From a virus, in IMG/VR virus record IMGVR_UViG_3300023199_000021, positions 1-64,000 of that record: a stretch of 64,000 nt of DNA; one strand, written 5' to 3'. Shown piece after piece: positions 47,445 through 58,196 of this stretch (its first letter is position 1; each line of letters starts with the position of its first letter). A model generated the notes under the pieces. That model worked only from the letters and a program-made list of their open reading frames with translations. It was not told where the DNA came from and searched no databases. The translations under genes and the position numbers were made by a program.

Positions 47445-48291
47445 GCTCTCAAAGCAGGAGCAAAACTATATTGAACAGAACTGTTTCGATCTTTCTTTGG
47501 AAGAAATCGCAAACAATCTAAACCGCACAATTGAGCCGGTTAAGAAGTACATCGACAAGAAGAATCTCAAAGCACGAGACTTGACCGATGACGAACACCT
47601 CTTAGCTACTTTACGATCCCGTTATTATTTCAAAGAGCTTGACAAGCAATTGAATGACGGAGAGATCATACTGTTCGAACATATGTGGATTGACTATTTC
47701 AAGCAATTCAACGAAGACGTTACACACACCGAGGAAATGCAAATCCTTGAAGTGATCAGAACAGAAATTCTTATCAATCGCTCGATGGAAGATCGCCAGA
47801 AGATCATGGAAAACATCGACACTCTTGAGAAGCTTATTGATGAAGAAATGAATAAGCCCACTGACTTCCAAGATACGCAGGCTCTAGCTGTGTTTCAAAC
47901 CCAACTTGGGGCTATGATCGGTAGCAAGTCATCCTATATCAATGAACACGAAAAACTTCTTACCAAGAAGGAACGATACCTGAAAGACTTGAAGGGTACT
48001 CGTGACCAACGTAAGCGTATCAGTGACGATGCCAAAACCAACTTCGGTATGTGGATGCGTCAGCTAGATAACCTTGAAATGCGTGAGAAGGAAGGCTTTG
48101 ATATGGAAGTACAGGCGATAGCTGCTGATAAAGCCCGTAAGAGATTAGCCGAGCTTCACGAATATGAAGATGGCGAAGTAGATCAGCCATTACTTAATTC
48201 CGAAACCGTAATAGACTTTGAGGATAATAAAAATGAAGACACCGAACTTCGATCTGACGAGACTAAAGACTCAGATCAAGAAAACAACTGA
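47419..48291 (+). CDS. HTH plus coiled-coil protein, possible small terminase
   Basis: N-terminal HTH, helical body, located in the packaging region. Confidence 0.45.
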   Translation: MELGRKRGKLSKQEQNYIEQNCFDLSLEEIANNLNRTIEPVKKYIDKKNLKARDLTDDEHLLATLRSRYYFKELDKQLNDGEIILFEHMWIDYFKQFNEDVTHTEEMQILEVIRTEILINRSMEDRQKIMENIDTLEKLIDEEMNKPTDFQDTQALAVFQTQLGAMIGSKSSYINEHEKLLTKKERYLKDLKGTRDQRKRISDDAKTNFGMWMRQLDNLEMREKEGFDMEVQAIAADKARKRLAELHEYEDGEVDQPLLNSETVIDFEDNKNEDTELRSDETKDSDQENN

Positions 48292-48550
48292 CCAAAACAT
48301 CATGGTCTTTGACTATGGTCCAACCAAGAAGCTTTTGTATTTGATGTTATCTATTAAGACAGTATATATTCCTTCTCGTGTGTATCCAGAGTTTGATCCG
48401 TGGGAAAGATAATGGGGTATGTCGTTCAAGCGAGTAAAGCTTTTCAACAAAGGCGAAATTTTACACGACTACTACGTAGAGGAACTTAAAGGCATCCGGT
48501 AAGACAAACATAGTTCTTGCCGTTGGAGACTCAGCAGTATTACTAGGAAC

Positions 48551-49630
48551 TTGCTAATGATTGTTTCACCGGAAATTTATAAACTGGTCGAGCGACAAGT
48601 CGATCAATTTAAAAACTTCACATCTGGACACGTCATGAATCGCTATCCGTTAGGCGGTAGCGACTTGATTGTTCGTTTCAAGGGTCACGAAACTCAAATC
48701 TTGAAGAACATTGAACTGTTTCAAGAAAAACAAATCGTGAACGCACGCTGTAGATTGTTGGCATCGTATTTGGAAGATGCCGCTAAAATCTATCCGCAAA
48801 TCCAAGACCTTGACTTGATCATTCCTGTGTGCTTCTCAGATACATCTGACGCACCACTTCAAGATATTCCGTGTCTAGTATTCAGCAAGACGGCCTTTTC
48901 AAACAACATTCTAATTCCTTCTCCTAACAACCTCGTAGGACACTGGGAAGTAGAAACCGTAAATGCATTTGATAGTCCTATCCAAGACAAGACCGAAATG
49001 ATGTGCTTTGTAGGATCATTCACTGGCAATCTGGAAGACTTGGCAAATAACATTCGTTTGAAGCTCGCCGCACAAGCCTCGAACAGTCCAAACTACTTCT
49101 GCCGATTGATACGTCCACCGAATATGGAAGAAGAACGATTCGCAAATGTACTAGTAGAATCCAAGAAGCTGTATCCAGAATTATCAGATGATATCATTCT
49201 GAACGACGAAAAGAAGATGGGCCTTATCGACCAGTTGGAATACAAGTACCAGATTTGTGTTGACGGACATACATGTGCGTGGGCACGACTGCCTTGGCAA
49301 ATGAAAGCTAACTGTGTGCCTATTAAGATTCGCAACCACAGACACAATTGGCAAGAGTGGTTCTATCCATTGCTTCAACCTAATAAACACTTCCTAGAAG
49401 TAGACATTAGTGAAGTAGATATGGCATATGACTATCTCAACAACAATCCACAGGCTTGCAGAGATATCTCAGAGGCAGGTAAAGCTTTTGTTGATAAATA
49501 TTGCGGTCCAAAGCTTGCCTTGGATGTTTTTGTTCAAACTCTTTTACTACTTAATGAGAAACAAGATAACAAGTACCATGTAAAAGCCGAACAGGACCAG
49601 AACGGCACAGGCGATATGAGAAGGGTATAA
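48551..49630 (+). CDS. GT90 (CAP10-like) glycosyltransferase
   Basis: YKYQICVDG...W.RL.W.......K.....W.EWFY.LL.P..H. Confidence 0.8.
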   Translation: MLMIVSPEIYKLVERQVDQFKNFTSGHVMNRYPLGGSDLIVRFKGHETQILKNIELFQEKQIVNARCRLLASYLEDAAKIYPQIQDLDLIIPVCFSDTSDAPLQDIPCLVFSKTAFSNNILIPSPNNLVGHWEVETVNAFDSPIQDKTEMMCFVGSFTGNLEDLANNIRLKLAAQASNSPNYFCRLIRPPNMEEERFANVLVESKKLYPELSDDIILNDEKKMGLIDQLEYKYQICVDGHTCAWARLPWQMKANCVPIKIRNHRHNWQEWFYPLLQPNKHFLEVDISEVDMAYDYLNNNPQACRDISEAGKAFVDKYCGPKLALDVFVQTLLLLNEKQDNKYHVKAEQDQNGTGDMRRV

Positions 49631-49631
49631 A

Positions 49632-50786
49632 ATGAAGAAAACCGCATTAGTTACTGGAATCACCGGACAAGATGGTTCATATTTGGCCGAGCTATTGATT
49701 GAAAAGGGCTACAATGTTATTGGGCTAGTAAGACGTACTAGTACAAATAACACTAGTCGAATTCAACATATTTTGTCGAGTGACCAGCTAGAACTAGTAG
49801 AAGGCGAAATTTCTGACTCAGGATCGGTGTATTCTATAATAGAAGTTTACAAGCCAGATGAAGTTTACAATTTGGCTGCACAATCTCATGTTGGCACTTC
49901 TTTCGAGCAACCGGAATATACGTTTCAGGTTGACGCAATAGGACCGCTTAATTTTTTGCAGGCAATCAGAAGACATTCTCCTGACAGTAGATTCTATCAG
50001 GCTTCAACTAGTGAGCTTTTTGGAAAGAACTTTACTGAACGATCAGGCTTGTTCGACGGTCGTACATCAAAGAAATTCCAAGACGAGGAAACTATGTTTA
50101 TGCCTCAATCGCCCTATGCAGCGGCTAAACTAGCTGCTCATAATCTAGTGCGTATTTATCGTGATGGTTACGGCCTACACGCATCATGTGGCATCTTGTT
50201 TAATCATGAGAGTGAGAGACGTGGTGAGAATTTTGTCACACGTAAGATTACTAAGTGGATTGGAGATTTTCGTAGATGGTCAATAGATCATTTCATTAAG
50301 GATTTCGATATGCAGTCTGATGAAGATAACACGGCAATTCGTTTTATGGATAACGTAATCATCGGCTATAACAAAAGCAAGCGTTTCGGTCCTCCATTTC
50401 CAAAACTAAGACTAGGTAATCTTGACGCTTATCGTGATTGGGGTCATGCGGAAGACTATGTTCGTGCTATGTGGCTTATGCTACAGCAGGACACTCCAGA
50501 CGATTATGTAATCGCTACTGGTGAAACTCATTCAGTCCGTGACTTTTTACGAGAGGCTTTCAATGAAATTGGTATTCAGAACTTTGAACCATTTGTTGTT
50601 ATCGACCCTAAGTTTTATCGCCCCGCAGAGGTTGAATTCCTATGCGGTTGTCCTGATAAAGCGAAGGATCAGCTAGGTTGGGAACCGAAGGTTTCGTTTA
50701 AAGAACTAGTAACACGTATGGTTCGGAGAGATATTCATGGGCAAAAAAAGACCCCACAAACCCTACAGCAAGAGACAATACTATAA
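49632..50786 (+). CDS. gmd: GDP-mannose 4,6-dehydratase
   Basis: TGITGQDGSYLAE, NLAAQSHV, YQASTSELFG, SPYAAAK, FNHES, RDWGHA. Confidence 0.97.
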   Translation: MKKTALVTGITGQDGSYLAELLIEKGYNVIGLVRRTSTNNTSRIQHILSSDQLELVEGEISDSGSVYSIIEVYKPDEVYNLAAQSHVGTSFEQPEYTFQVDAIGPLNFLQAIRRHSPDSRFYQASTSELFGKNFTERSGLFDGRTSKKFQDEETMFMPQSPYAAAKLAAHNLVRIYRDGYGLHASCGILFNHESERRGENFVTRKITKWIGDFRRWSIDHFIKDFDMQSDEDNTAIRFMDNVIIGYNKSKRFGPPFPKLRLGNLDAYRDWGHAEDYVRAMWLMLQQDTPDDYVIATGETHSVRDFLREAFNEIGIQNFEPFVVIDPKFYRPAEVEFLCGCPDKAKDQLGWEPKVSFKELVTRMVRRDIHGQKKTPQTLQQETIL

Positions 50787-51111
50787 ATCCAAAAAAAGAG
50801 CATTTCGCAACAGTAGAGACTTCAATAGTCCTGAGTACTCTAAGTGGCGAGAAGACATAAAGAAGCGAGACAACTACACCTGCCAATGGCCGGGGTGTCT
50901 ATCCAGAAAGCAAATACAAGTTCACCATATCAAGACTTGGGCCAAATATCCCGGTCTTAGATTTGTAAGTGTTAACGGTATCACGCTTTGCCGCAAATGT
51001 CATGATTCAATTAAAGGGAAAGAGGTCGATTACGAGTCCTTCTTCCTGAAATTGTTAGAATGGCAGATGCTTGACAAGATTAAAAAATACAACGAGAACA
51101 AGAACAAATAA
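50737..51111 (+). CDS. HNH endonuclease
   Basis: RDNYTCQ..GC....VHHI...NGITLC..CH. Confidence 0.88.
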   Translation: MGKKRPHKPYSKRQYYKSKKRAFRNSRDFNSPEYSKWREDIKKRDNYTCQWPGCLSRKQIQVHHIKTWAKYPGLRFVSVNGITLCRKCHDSIKGKEVDYESFFLKLLEWQMLDKIKKYNENKNK

Positions 51112-51416
51112 TGTACAAGTACAGAGCAAAAGTACTCCGGGTCGTCGATGGAGATACTGTTGACTTGGAGATTGACCTTGGTTTTAATATCAAGACTAAA
51201 AAGATCAGAAGCTGACTTTTAAATGTCGATACGCCTGAGCGGGGCCACGAAGATTGGGCCTTCGCTACTTGTTGTTTTGCTGACCTTCTTACGGACATTC
51301 AAGACGAAGAAGGTTATATTATCGTCTAAACTTCCAAGACAGATAAGTATGGTAGATGGTTAGTGTACTTTGAAGGTGTTAACGAGGAACTTGCAAAGAG
51401 ATGGCCCTATGTGTGA
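51111..51416 (+). pseudogene. Thermonuclease (SNase-like) with two in-frame stops
   Basis: RVVDGDTVD..IDLGF...DTPE...DKYGRWL; TGA at 51213 and TAA at 51327. Confidence 0.85.
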
Positions 51417-51638
51417 TTTCAGAGGACCGCCTAGTGCGGTGAAAAACTTAGATACGGGTGAGATTATTACCATTGATCAAGTAGATCAAGTAAAACAGGC
51501 CAATGGTACTGATTACGATCATCCCGATCTATACGGACCAAAGATTAAGGACGTTACTGAACCAGGATTATATCATATCTGTGCTACCGGAGCTTTCTAT
51601 GCTTACTTTGATGATCCCACTAGATACGAGTTTATTCG

Positions 51639-52118
51639 ATGAACGACAAATTCACAGTCATTCGAGATACAAGAGAGAAACCGGCATTTGGCTGGTCTTT
51701 TGAGCCCGATGCGTATTGCGAAGGTACAATCGTACAAAAGGTTGATACCGGAGACTATACCATTGGGGGTCTGGAAGACTACGTTTGCATTGAACGTAAA
51801 CAGTCGATTGATGAGTTCGCACGCAATTGCGTAGAAAAAAGGTGGCAGGACTGCATGAGGCGTATGTCCGAGTGCCGTTTCTCTTTTATTCTTTTTGAAT
51901 TTTCTTGGGACGATGTAGATAACTATCCAGCATCAGCCAAAGTCCCCAAACGAGTTAAAAACAAGTTACGAATACCTGTTAAATATATCAGGAAAGTAAT
52001 CCACACAGCTAGGGATCAATACGGCATCCGTGTACTAGCGTGTGACAATAGGATCAAAGCGGAGCAGGTTGCATACCGAATTTTGAGAAAAGCACATGAG
52101 TTACACTTACGACGTTGA
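51639..52118 (+). CDS. ERCC4-domain nuclease
   Basis: DTREK...TGDY......IERK. Confidence 0.88.
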   Translation: MNDKFTVIRDTREKPAFGWSFEPDAYCEGTIVQKVDTGDYTIGGLEDYVCIERKQSIDEFARNCVEKRWQDCMRRMSECRFSFILFEFSWDDVDNYPASAKVPKRVKNKLRIPVKYIRKVIHTARDQYGIRVLACDNRIKAEQVAYRILRKAHELHLRR

Positions 52119-55100
52119 ATCCTATGATTACGCTTGGTTACGCTTAAAGCAAGAAGACGTAAAAGATATCCAGAACCCATTGCTAGAACTGGGCGAGTGG
52201 GAACAGGAGAATTTTCATCTTCATGTTTTAAAAATCCTGCGTAACCCTAAATACATACACTGGACAATAAAGCACATACTCAACATAGACCTGTTATCCG
52301 AACAAGTGGTAATTATGCAGGAGCTATGGACGAAATCATTCCCGATGTATATCGCTTCTCGTGGTTTCGGAAAGAGTTTCTTATTGGCTGTTTATGCTAC
52401 TTTACGATGTTTACTAATCCCCGGTTCGAAGATAGTAATCGTAGGTGCAGCCTTCCGACAGTCCAAGGTGATCTTTGAATACATGGACGTAATTTGGAGA
52501 AATGCTCCAATCCTACGCAGTCTATGTAATGACGCCAGTGGTCCTAGACGTGATGTTGACCGTTGTACTCTGAAAGTGAACGATAGCTGGACTATCGCTG
52601 TTCCATTGGGTGACGGTAACAAGATTCGTGGTCTTCGTGCCCACACTATTATCGCTGACGAGTTCAACTCTATTCCAGTTGAAATTTATGAAACCGTTGT
52701 TACTGGTTTTGCTTCTGTATCTAAAGACCCAACAGGTAACGTGAAGAATGCCGCTAAGCGTAAGGCTATGAAAGAAGACGGTGTATGGAGTGATCAACAG
52801 GAGGTTAGATACCAAGAGCGTCATAAGAACCAATCCATCCTTTCTGGTACAGCCGGTTATGGCTTTGAGCCATATGCCGATTACTGGCGTAAGTACAAAC
52901 TTACTATCAATAGTAAAGGGGACATGTCTAAAGTAACTCGCGAAAATGGCGACGATATAGGAGACGACATTCCCGATTACATGAAGCGTTTGAATTGGGA
53001 GGAATTCTCAATTATCCGTATTCCTTATGAGCTGATTCCCGAAGGGTTTATGGATGACCAACAGGTATCACGTTCTCGTGCCACTATGCATAGCGGTATT
53101 TATCTTATGGAGTACGGAGCATGCAAAGACCCTAATACCCTTATCACTACAGACAAGGGCGTTAAAAAAATAATAGACGTAGAGGTTGGAGACTTGGTTT
53201 TAACTCACAAAGGTAGGTTTCGCAAAGTAACCAAGAAGCTTTTTAGAAGATTTAGAGATAATATCGTTCGATATAGAACTCTTGGATATAATAAAAGTGT
53301 TGGGGTTACGCCAAACCATCCCTATTGGACAGACGAAGATAACTTTAAACAGATTGGATCTAGTCTTACCAAGACAAGCCTTGTAAATTTAAACGAGCTT
53401 AGTGGTAGACCATCTTTTTGTGTTGAAGATGTATGTACTGATATTTTAGAAACTTTAGATGGTTTTAAATTTTACCCTAAAGGTAGCCAGTCTCGTGTTG
53501 GTTTAAAAGAACAAAGGGTTATTCGAAATAATATATGTGGATATAGTAGTCTTCAATTGTCTGAAAGGTTTGATATATCTCAGTCTTCTGTTGTTCGTAT
53601 ACAAAATAATAAAAATGTACCTAAAAACAGCATACCTACCAATATTGAACTAAACTATGATTTTGGTTTAATAGTTGGGTATTATGCCGCCGAGGGTTTT
53701 ATAGGTGTAGACGGTAGACAGGTAGAGTTTGCATTAGACGGACATAAAGATACGGAATATCAAAAACAACTTTTGGAAGCCATCTTTAACGTTTTTGGAT
53801 TTCATGGCAAATCTTATATTAAAGATAAAAATACTATTTCTATAGCTATAAATAGCAGATTAGTATCAGAGGTTATGAAGTTTGTTTGTCCGGGTCTGTC
53901 TGAAGATAAACTAATTAATCACGATATTCTTTTCTCTAACGAAAAGTTTCTAAAAGGGGTAGTCGAAGGCTATTGGAATGGAGACGGACATATTAGGGAT
54001 TCTGGAGCCTTTGTACATTGTATTAATCAATCTCTTTTAAATCAAATTAGACTATGTTTATCATATTTTAATATATCTTCTTCATTAATGGATGGATCTC
54101 AAGACAATGATTTTCATTTAAAAATTACTGGAGATAATTTTAGAAATTTTATTGCAGAGTTTTATGGAGAAATTATTAGTTCTTCTTCTAGAAAACAAAA
54201 TATAATCAACGATGGCTGTAAAACAGAATTACCAATAACAGAGTCGTACTTAGATAAATATGATGGCTTTGTTTATAACTTAGAGGTTGAAGAAGACAAT
54301 TCCTATTCTGGTCTAAATGCAACTGTTCATAATTGTTTCGCTAAAGACTCTCAAGGATTTTTCAAACGTACTCTAATTGAATCATGTGTAGCTCACGAGG
54401 CCAATATAGGTAAAGACTCGTGGCCTCTATACTGTCACCAGCCGTTCGACGTAGTTACGCGAGGGCGATCCGACAGGAAATACGTCTTTGGGATTGACCC
54501 CGCTTCTGAGGTAGACAATTTTGCTATCATCATACTTGAGTTGCATCAAAGTCACCAGAGGCTCGTTTATTCTTGGACGACTAACAAGAAAGACTTTCAG
54601 ACACGTAAGAAACTGGGCCTCACAGAGATAGACGATTACTATAGCTTCTGTGTGCGTAAGATACGTGATCTGATGCAGATGTTCCCATGCGTGCGTATCG
54701 GTATTGACTCCCAAGGCGGTGGTTATCAAATTGCCGAAGGTTTGCGTGACCCAGATAAGATGCGTGAAGAACTGAACGAACAACCAATTCTTGAAATCAT
54801 TGAAGAAGGTAAGGAAAAAGATACTAACCGTCTACCGGGACTTCATATTCTTGAGTTTATCAATTTTGCTAGTGCAGACTGGACTTCTCAAGCTAACCAC
54901 GGTCTACGTAAGGATATGGAGGACAAGTTCTTCTTGTTCCCACGTTTCGACCAGCTAACTCTGGGTATGATCTCAGCCCAAGATGAAATCAGGTTTAAAG
55001 AACTTAAGAAGCAGATTGGAGATAGTGCTGATCTCAAATTGTACGACACGTTGGAGGATGTTGTAATGGATATTGAAGATTTAAAAATGGAACTTTCCAC

Positions 55101-55398
55101 TATTATGGTTACTCGTACAGCATCGGGGCGTGAGAAATTTGATACTCCAGAGATTAAGTTAGGTATAGGCAAGAAGGGTCGTATGCGTAAAGACCGTTAC
55201 TCTGCCTTGGTTATCGCTAACATGATAGCTCGATCTATGCACAGAGAAATTCCTCCTAACCCAACATATAATGTGGTTGGTAGGGTAGCTCAAAGTATTG
55301 ATAAGGGAAAAGACAAGGGTAAAATGTATTATGGGCAAGAGTGGGCTGCTGGATATGGTTCCCATGCCGTAACCGTAGTAAGAAGAAATGTCTTTTAA
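52096..55398 (+). CDS. terL: Terminase large subunit with intein
   Basis: ASRGFGKS Walker A, IRGLRA..IIADE Walker B, GIDPA nuclease motif, KDRYSA. Confidence 0.93.
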   Translation: MSYTYDVESYDYAWLRLKQEDVKDIQNPLLELGEWEQENFHLHVLKILRNPKYIHWTIKHILNIDLLSEQVVIMQELWTKSFPMYIASRGFGKSFLLAVYATLRCLLIPGSKIVIVGAAFRQSKVIFEYMDVIWRNAPILRSLCNDASGPRRDVDRCTLKVNDSWTIAVPLGDGNKIRGLRAHTIIADEFNSIPVEIYETVVTGFASVSKDPTGNVKNAAKRKAMKEDGVWSDQQEVRYQERHKNQSILSGTAGYGFEPYADYWRKYKLTINSKGDMSKVTRENGDDIGDDIPDYMKRLNWEEFSIIRIPYELIPEGFMDDQQVSRSRATMHSGIYLMEYGACKDPNTLITTDKGVKKIIDVEVGDLVLTHKGRFRKVTKKLFRRFRDNIVRYRTLGYNKSVGVTPNHPYWTDEDNFKQIGSSLTKTSLVNLNELSGRPSFCVEDVCTDILETLDGFKFYPKGSQSRVGLKEQRVIRNNICGYSSLQLSERFDISQSSVVRIQNNKNVPKNSIPTNIELNYDFGLIVGYYAAEGFIGVDGRQVEFALDGHKDTEYQKQLLEAIFNVFGFHGKSYIKDKNTISIAINSRLVSEVMKFVCPGLSEDKLINHDILFSNEKFLKGVVEGYWNGDGHIRDSGAFVHCINQSLLNQIRLCLSYFNISSSLMDGSQDNDFHLKITGDNFRNFIAEFYGEIISSSSRKQNIINDGCKTELPITESYLDKYDGFVYNLEVEEDNSYSGLNATVHNCFAKDSQGFFKRTLIESCVAHEANIGKDSWPLYCHQPFDVVTRGRSDRKYVFGIDPASEVDNFAIIILELHQSHQRLVYSWTTNKKDFQTRKKLGLTEIDDYYSFCVRKIRDLMQMFPCVRIGIDSQGGGYQIAEGLRDPDKMREELNEQPILEIIEEGKEKDTNRLPGLHILEFINFASADWTSQANHGLRKDMEDKFFLFPRFDQLTLGMISAQDEIRFKELKKQIGDSADLKLYDTLEDVVMDIEDLKMELSTIMVTRTASGREKFDTPEIKLGIGKKGRMRKDRYSALVIANMIARSMHREIPPNPTYNVVGRVAQSIDKGKDKGKMYYGQEWAAGYGSHAVTVVRRNVF
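53122..54333 (+). mobile_element. Intein with LAGLIDADG endonuclease (404 aa)
   Basis: Starts CKDPNT, TPNHP block B, YYAAEG and YWNGDG motifs, ends VYNLEV...VHN followed by Cys; AT-rich. Confidence 0.95.
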
Positions 55399-55460
55399 TA
55401 CCCATTGGTGTATAAATCAATAGGTATTGATCTTACCGATTATTTTGGAGATAAAATAAA

Positions 55461-56024
55461 ATGAATTTCGTAATCAATAAAAACCTAGACCCTGATTGTG
55501 CTTGCTTATGCGTAACAGAGTCTAACCCTTCCGGTATCGGTATCTGTTACAAGCCCTTAAGGATCGAAACCTTTGGTGGTCCGATCACTAGTCCTAATCC
55601 TAACACCGACCGTGTTTGTGTCAAAGTTTATGGAGACTTTGCAGCTTGCCAAGGGGGTCAAACGGTTACTTGCGATCAGGTAAGTGGTGTTATGAGCATC
55701 GGTATCGCTGGACCTAGAGGAACCATTGAAGTAACAGGAAATCCTATTCCAATTAAGGCACCTCCGGACACGAGAGCGGCTAGTCTTTGTACCTTCTCTA
55801 AAACCATGTGTTTCAATATCACTAGTGGCGATGCCGCATTTGAAGGACCGGGAAATGGTGGTAAAAATAATTCCGGCAGAGGCGGCGGTCGAGGCCGAGT
55901 AACCATTATTGATCCGAACGATGGTATATTTACTCAAGAAGAATTCACTAACACTCAAACTATGGCTAGTGGTGAAGTTGGTGATGGTATTGCCCAAGAC
56001 AAAGTATTAGAACTACCAGAGTAG
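55461..56024 (+). CDS. Cys/Gly-rich hypothetical protein
   Basis: GGAG RBS; lies between terL and portal. Confidence 0.7.
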   Translation: MNFVINKNLDPDCACLCVTESNPSGIGICYKPLRIETFGGPITSPNPNTDRVCVKVYGDFAACQGGQTVTCDQVSGVMSIGIAGPRGTIEVTGNPIPIKAPPDTRAASLCTFSKTMCFNITSGDAAFEGPGNGGKNNSGRGGGRGRVTIIDPNDGIFTQEEFTNTQTMASGEVGDGIAQDKVLELPE

Positions 56025-56031
56025 GTCCATA

Positions 56032-58194
56032 ATGAGTAAGAACAAATATCCTAAGTCAACTAATGATGCTCGTACAGCTATGGCCCCAGAAGCTTATGTA
56101 AGCTGGGATTCCGATAATGCTGGCGAGCGTAGTAGAGCTATGATTACATATGGTCAAGCTTTGGAAGAATCTCTACACTCAGCAAGTGCAAATATTCAAA
56201 GAGATTTCCGTGGTCTGACCAACAACATCGACGGTAGACCGGGGTTGTGTGGGCATGATTTTGATTGGTTTAGACCGGGGCAATCAGCACCAGTTAAGCC
56301 AAAAGATATCATTGCTTTTGCTAGATATGCATACAGACGTATCGGCCTTATCCACAACGCTATTGACCTGATGGGTGACTTCTCAGCCCAAGGTATTAGA
56401 CTAGTTCACCCAAACAAAAGAATTGAAAGATTCTACAGTGATTGGTTTCAACATGTTCAGGGTCATAGAGTCTCAGAGCGTCTTGGGCATCTTCTCTTTA
56501 GAGAAGGGAACGTACCAATTAGGCATTATACTGCAAAGATCAACAAAAAGAAAAGGTTAGATATGCAAAAGACCGTTGGTGCTTCCGACGTTCGTTTTGA
56601 TATCGATGACCCCATTTTCGTCAAGAACGAAATCCCTTGGAGATACTCTTTTATCGACCCTCTCTTGGTCGAGCCTATTGGTGGATCACTAGGTAATCTA
56701 TCCAACAAGAAGTTATTGGCACTTAAGGTTCCTCTGGCCTTAAAGAATGATATTTGTAAGTTGCAACAAAGCCAAGACCCAGCGGCTAGAGATGTATTAG
56801 GCAAGATTTCGCCGGATATCCTTAAGGCTGTTGAGACAAATAGCGACATTGTTCTTCCGCCAGATAAGACTAACATTTTCTACTATAAAAAAGACGATTG
56901 GCAAGTATGGGCCGATCCGATGACGTACTCTGCGTTCGAGCCGCTTAATCTATATCAACGATTGCAGTTGACAGACAAGGCCGCTTTGGACGGTGCGATG
57001 AACAAGATTCGCGTATGGAAAATCGGTAGTCTTGAACATAAGCTAGCACCAACACCGACCGCTTCTTCTACTTTAGCAGATATGCTTGGAGCTAACGTAG
57101 GTGGCGGTACAATCGACATTGTATGGGGTCCAGATATCGAGCTTATCGAAACAAGTAGCGATATCCAATCTTACCTTGGTGAAGAAAAGTATAGACCAAC
57201 CCTTATGGCTATCTATGCAAGCCTTGGTATCCCTCCTACACTTACCGGTACATTTGATGCCAACGGTACAACCAACAACTTCATCGCATTGAAGACTTTG
57301 GTTGAACGTCTGAACTATGTTCGCAATATCATCGTTGAGTTTTGGAACGAGCAAATCCGTATAGTTCAAAAGGCAATGGGTTTCCGCAAGCCAGCAAGTG
57401 TCGAGTTCGACATTATGTACCTTGAAGACCCAGCCTCTATGATGACTATACTGCTTAATATGGCTGATAGAAATATCATTAGCGATGAATTCGTACAAAG
57501 AAATATCAAGGCAAATCCTGATATCGAAAACCGTCGAGTTCAAACTGAAGTCAAAACAAGAGAGAGCAAGAACATGGAGAAGATTAGTCCTTACCATGGA
57601 GTAGATAAGCAGCAAGCATTGAAGAAGATTGCTCTGCAAACCGGGGTGTCTACACCTTCCGAAGTCGGTCTTGAACTAGAGAAGAAGAAAAGTGGTGAAA
57701 AATCACTAATGCAGATGAAAGAATTCCAAATGAAAATCTCTAAGACTCAGAATAGGCCTCCTTCAAACAAGGCACCGGGATTGCCGGGAAGACCTAAGAA
57801 CTCCAATGACACAACAAAAAGAAAACCAAAACAGTTCCATCCTAAGATTAAAGCCGCTGCTGAATTATGGGCGAAGCAAACGCAAGAGAAGATATCGGAT
57901 ATTTTGAATCCCGTTATCCTAGAGAACTTTGCTAAGTCTTCACTACGTAATTTAAATGCACAAGAGTTTGACGAGCTAGAACAAATAAAATTCGAAGTTT
58001 TGTGTAATCTATCTATGGGACAAGAAGTTAATAGCCGAACAGTTGCCGAGGCAGCTAAAAAGCCACTTAAAGCTATTCATGCTGAATTTGACGAGTGGTT
58101 AGAAGATGCCAAAAAGCACATGGGCAAGTTAACTATTGAACAGGTACGCGACCTGCGTGCATCCTACTACGTATATCATAATTATGGGAAATAA
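56032..58194 (+). CDS. Portal protein
   Basis: Size and synteny; I.NAIDLM.DF, YASLGIP..L, C-terminal PGRP. Confidence 0.8.
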   Translation: MSKNKYPKSTNDARTAMAPEAYVSWDSDNAGERSRAMITYGQALEESLHSASANIQRDFRGLTNNIDGRPGLCGHDFDWFRPGQSAPVKPKDIIAFARYAYRRIGLIHNAIDLMGDFSAQGIRLVHPNKRIERFYSDWFQHVQGHRVSERLGHLLFREGNVPIRHYTAKINKKKRLDMQKTVGASDVRFDIDDPIFVKNEIPWRYSFIDPLLVEPIGGSLGNLSNKKLLALKVPLALKNDICKLQQSQDPAARDVLGKISPDILKAVETNSDIVLPPDKTNIFYYKKDDWQVWADPMTYSAFEPLNLYQRLQLTDKAALDGAMNKIRVWKIGSLEHKLAPTPTASSTLADMLGANVGGGTIDIVWGPDIELIETSSDIQSYLGEEKYRPTLMAIYASLGIPPTLTGTFDANGTTNNFIALKTLVERLNYVRNIIVEFWNEQIRIVQKAMGFRKPASVEFDIMYLEDPASMMTILLNMADRNIISDEFVQRNIKANPDIENRRVQTEVKTRESKNMEKISPYHGVDKQQALKKIALQTGVSTPSEVGLELEKKKSGEKSLMQMKEFQMKISKTQNRPPSNKAPGLPGRPKNSNDTTKRKPKQFHPKIKAAAELWAKQTQEKISDILNPVILENFAKSSLRNLNAQEFDELEQIKFEVLCNLSMGQEVNSRTVAEAAKKPLKAIHAEFDEWLEDAKKHMGKLTIEQVRDLRASYYVYHNYGK

Positions 58195-58196
58195 AC

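Noticed and set aside
51111-51416. In-frame stops suggesting stop-codon reassignment
   Set aside because: TGA, TAA and TAG all appear as internal stops in different genes and all three end intact genes; long genes read through in code 11, so this is decay or error, not recoding.
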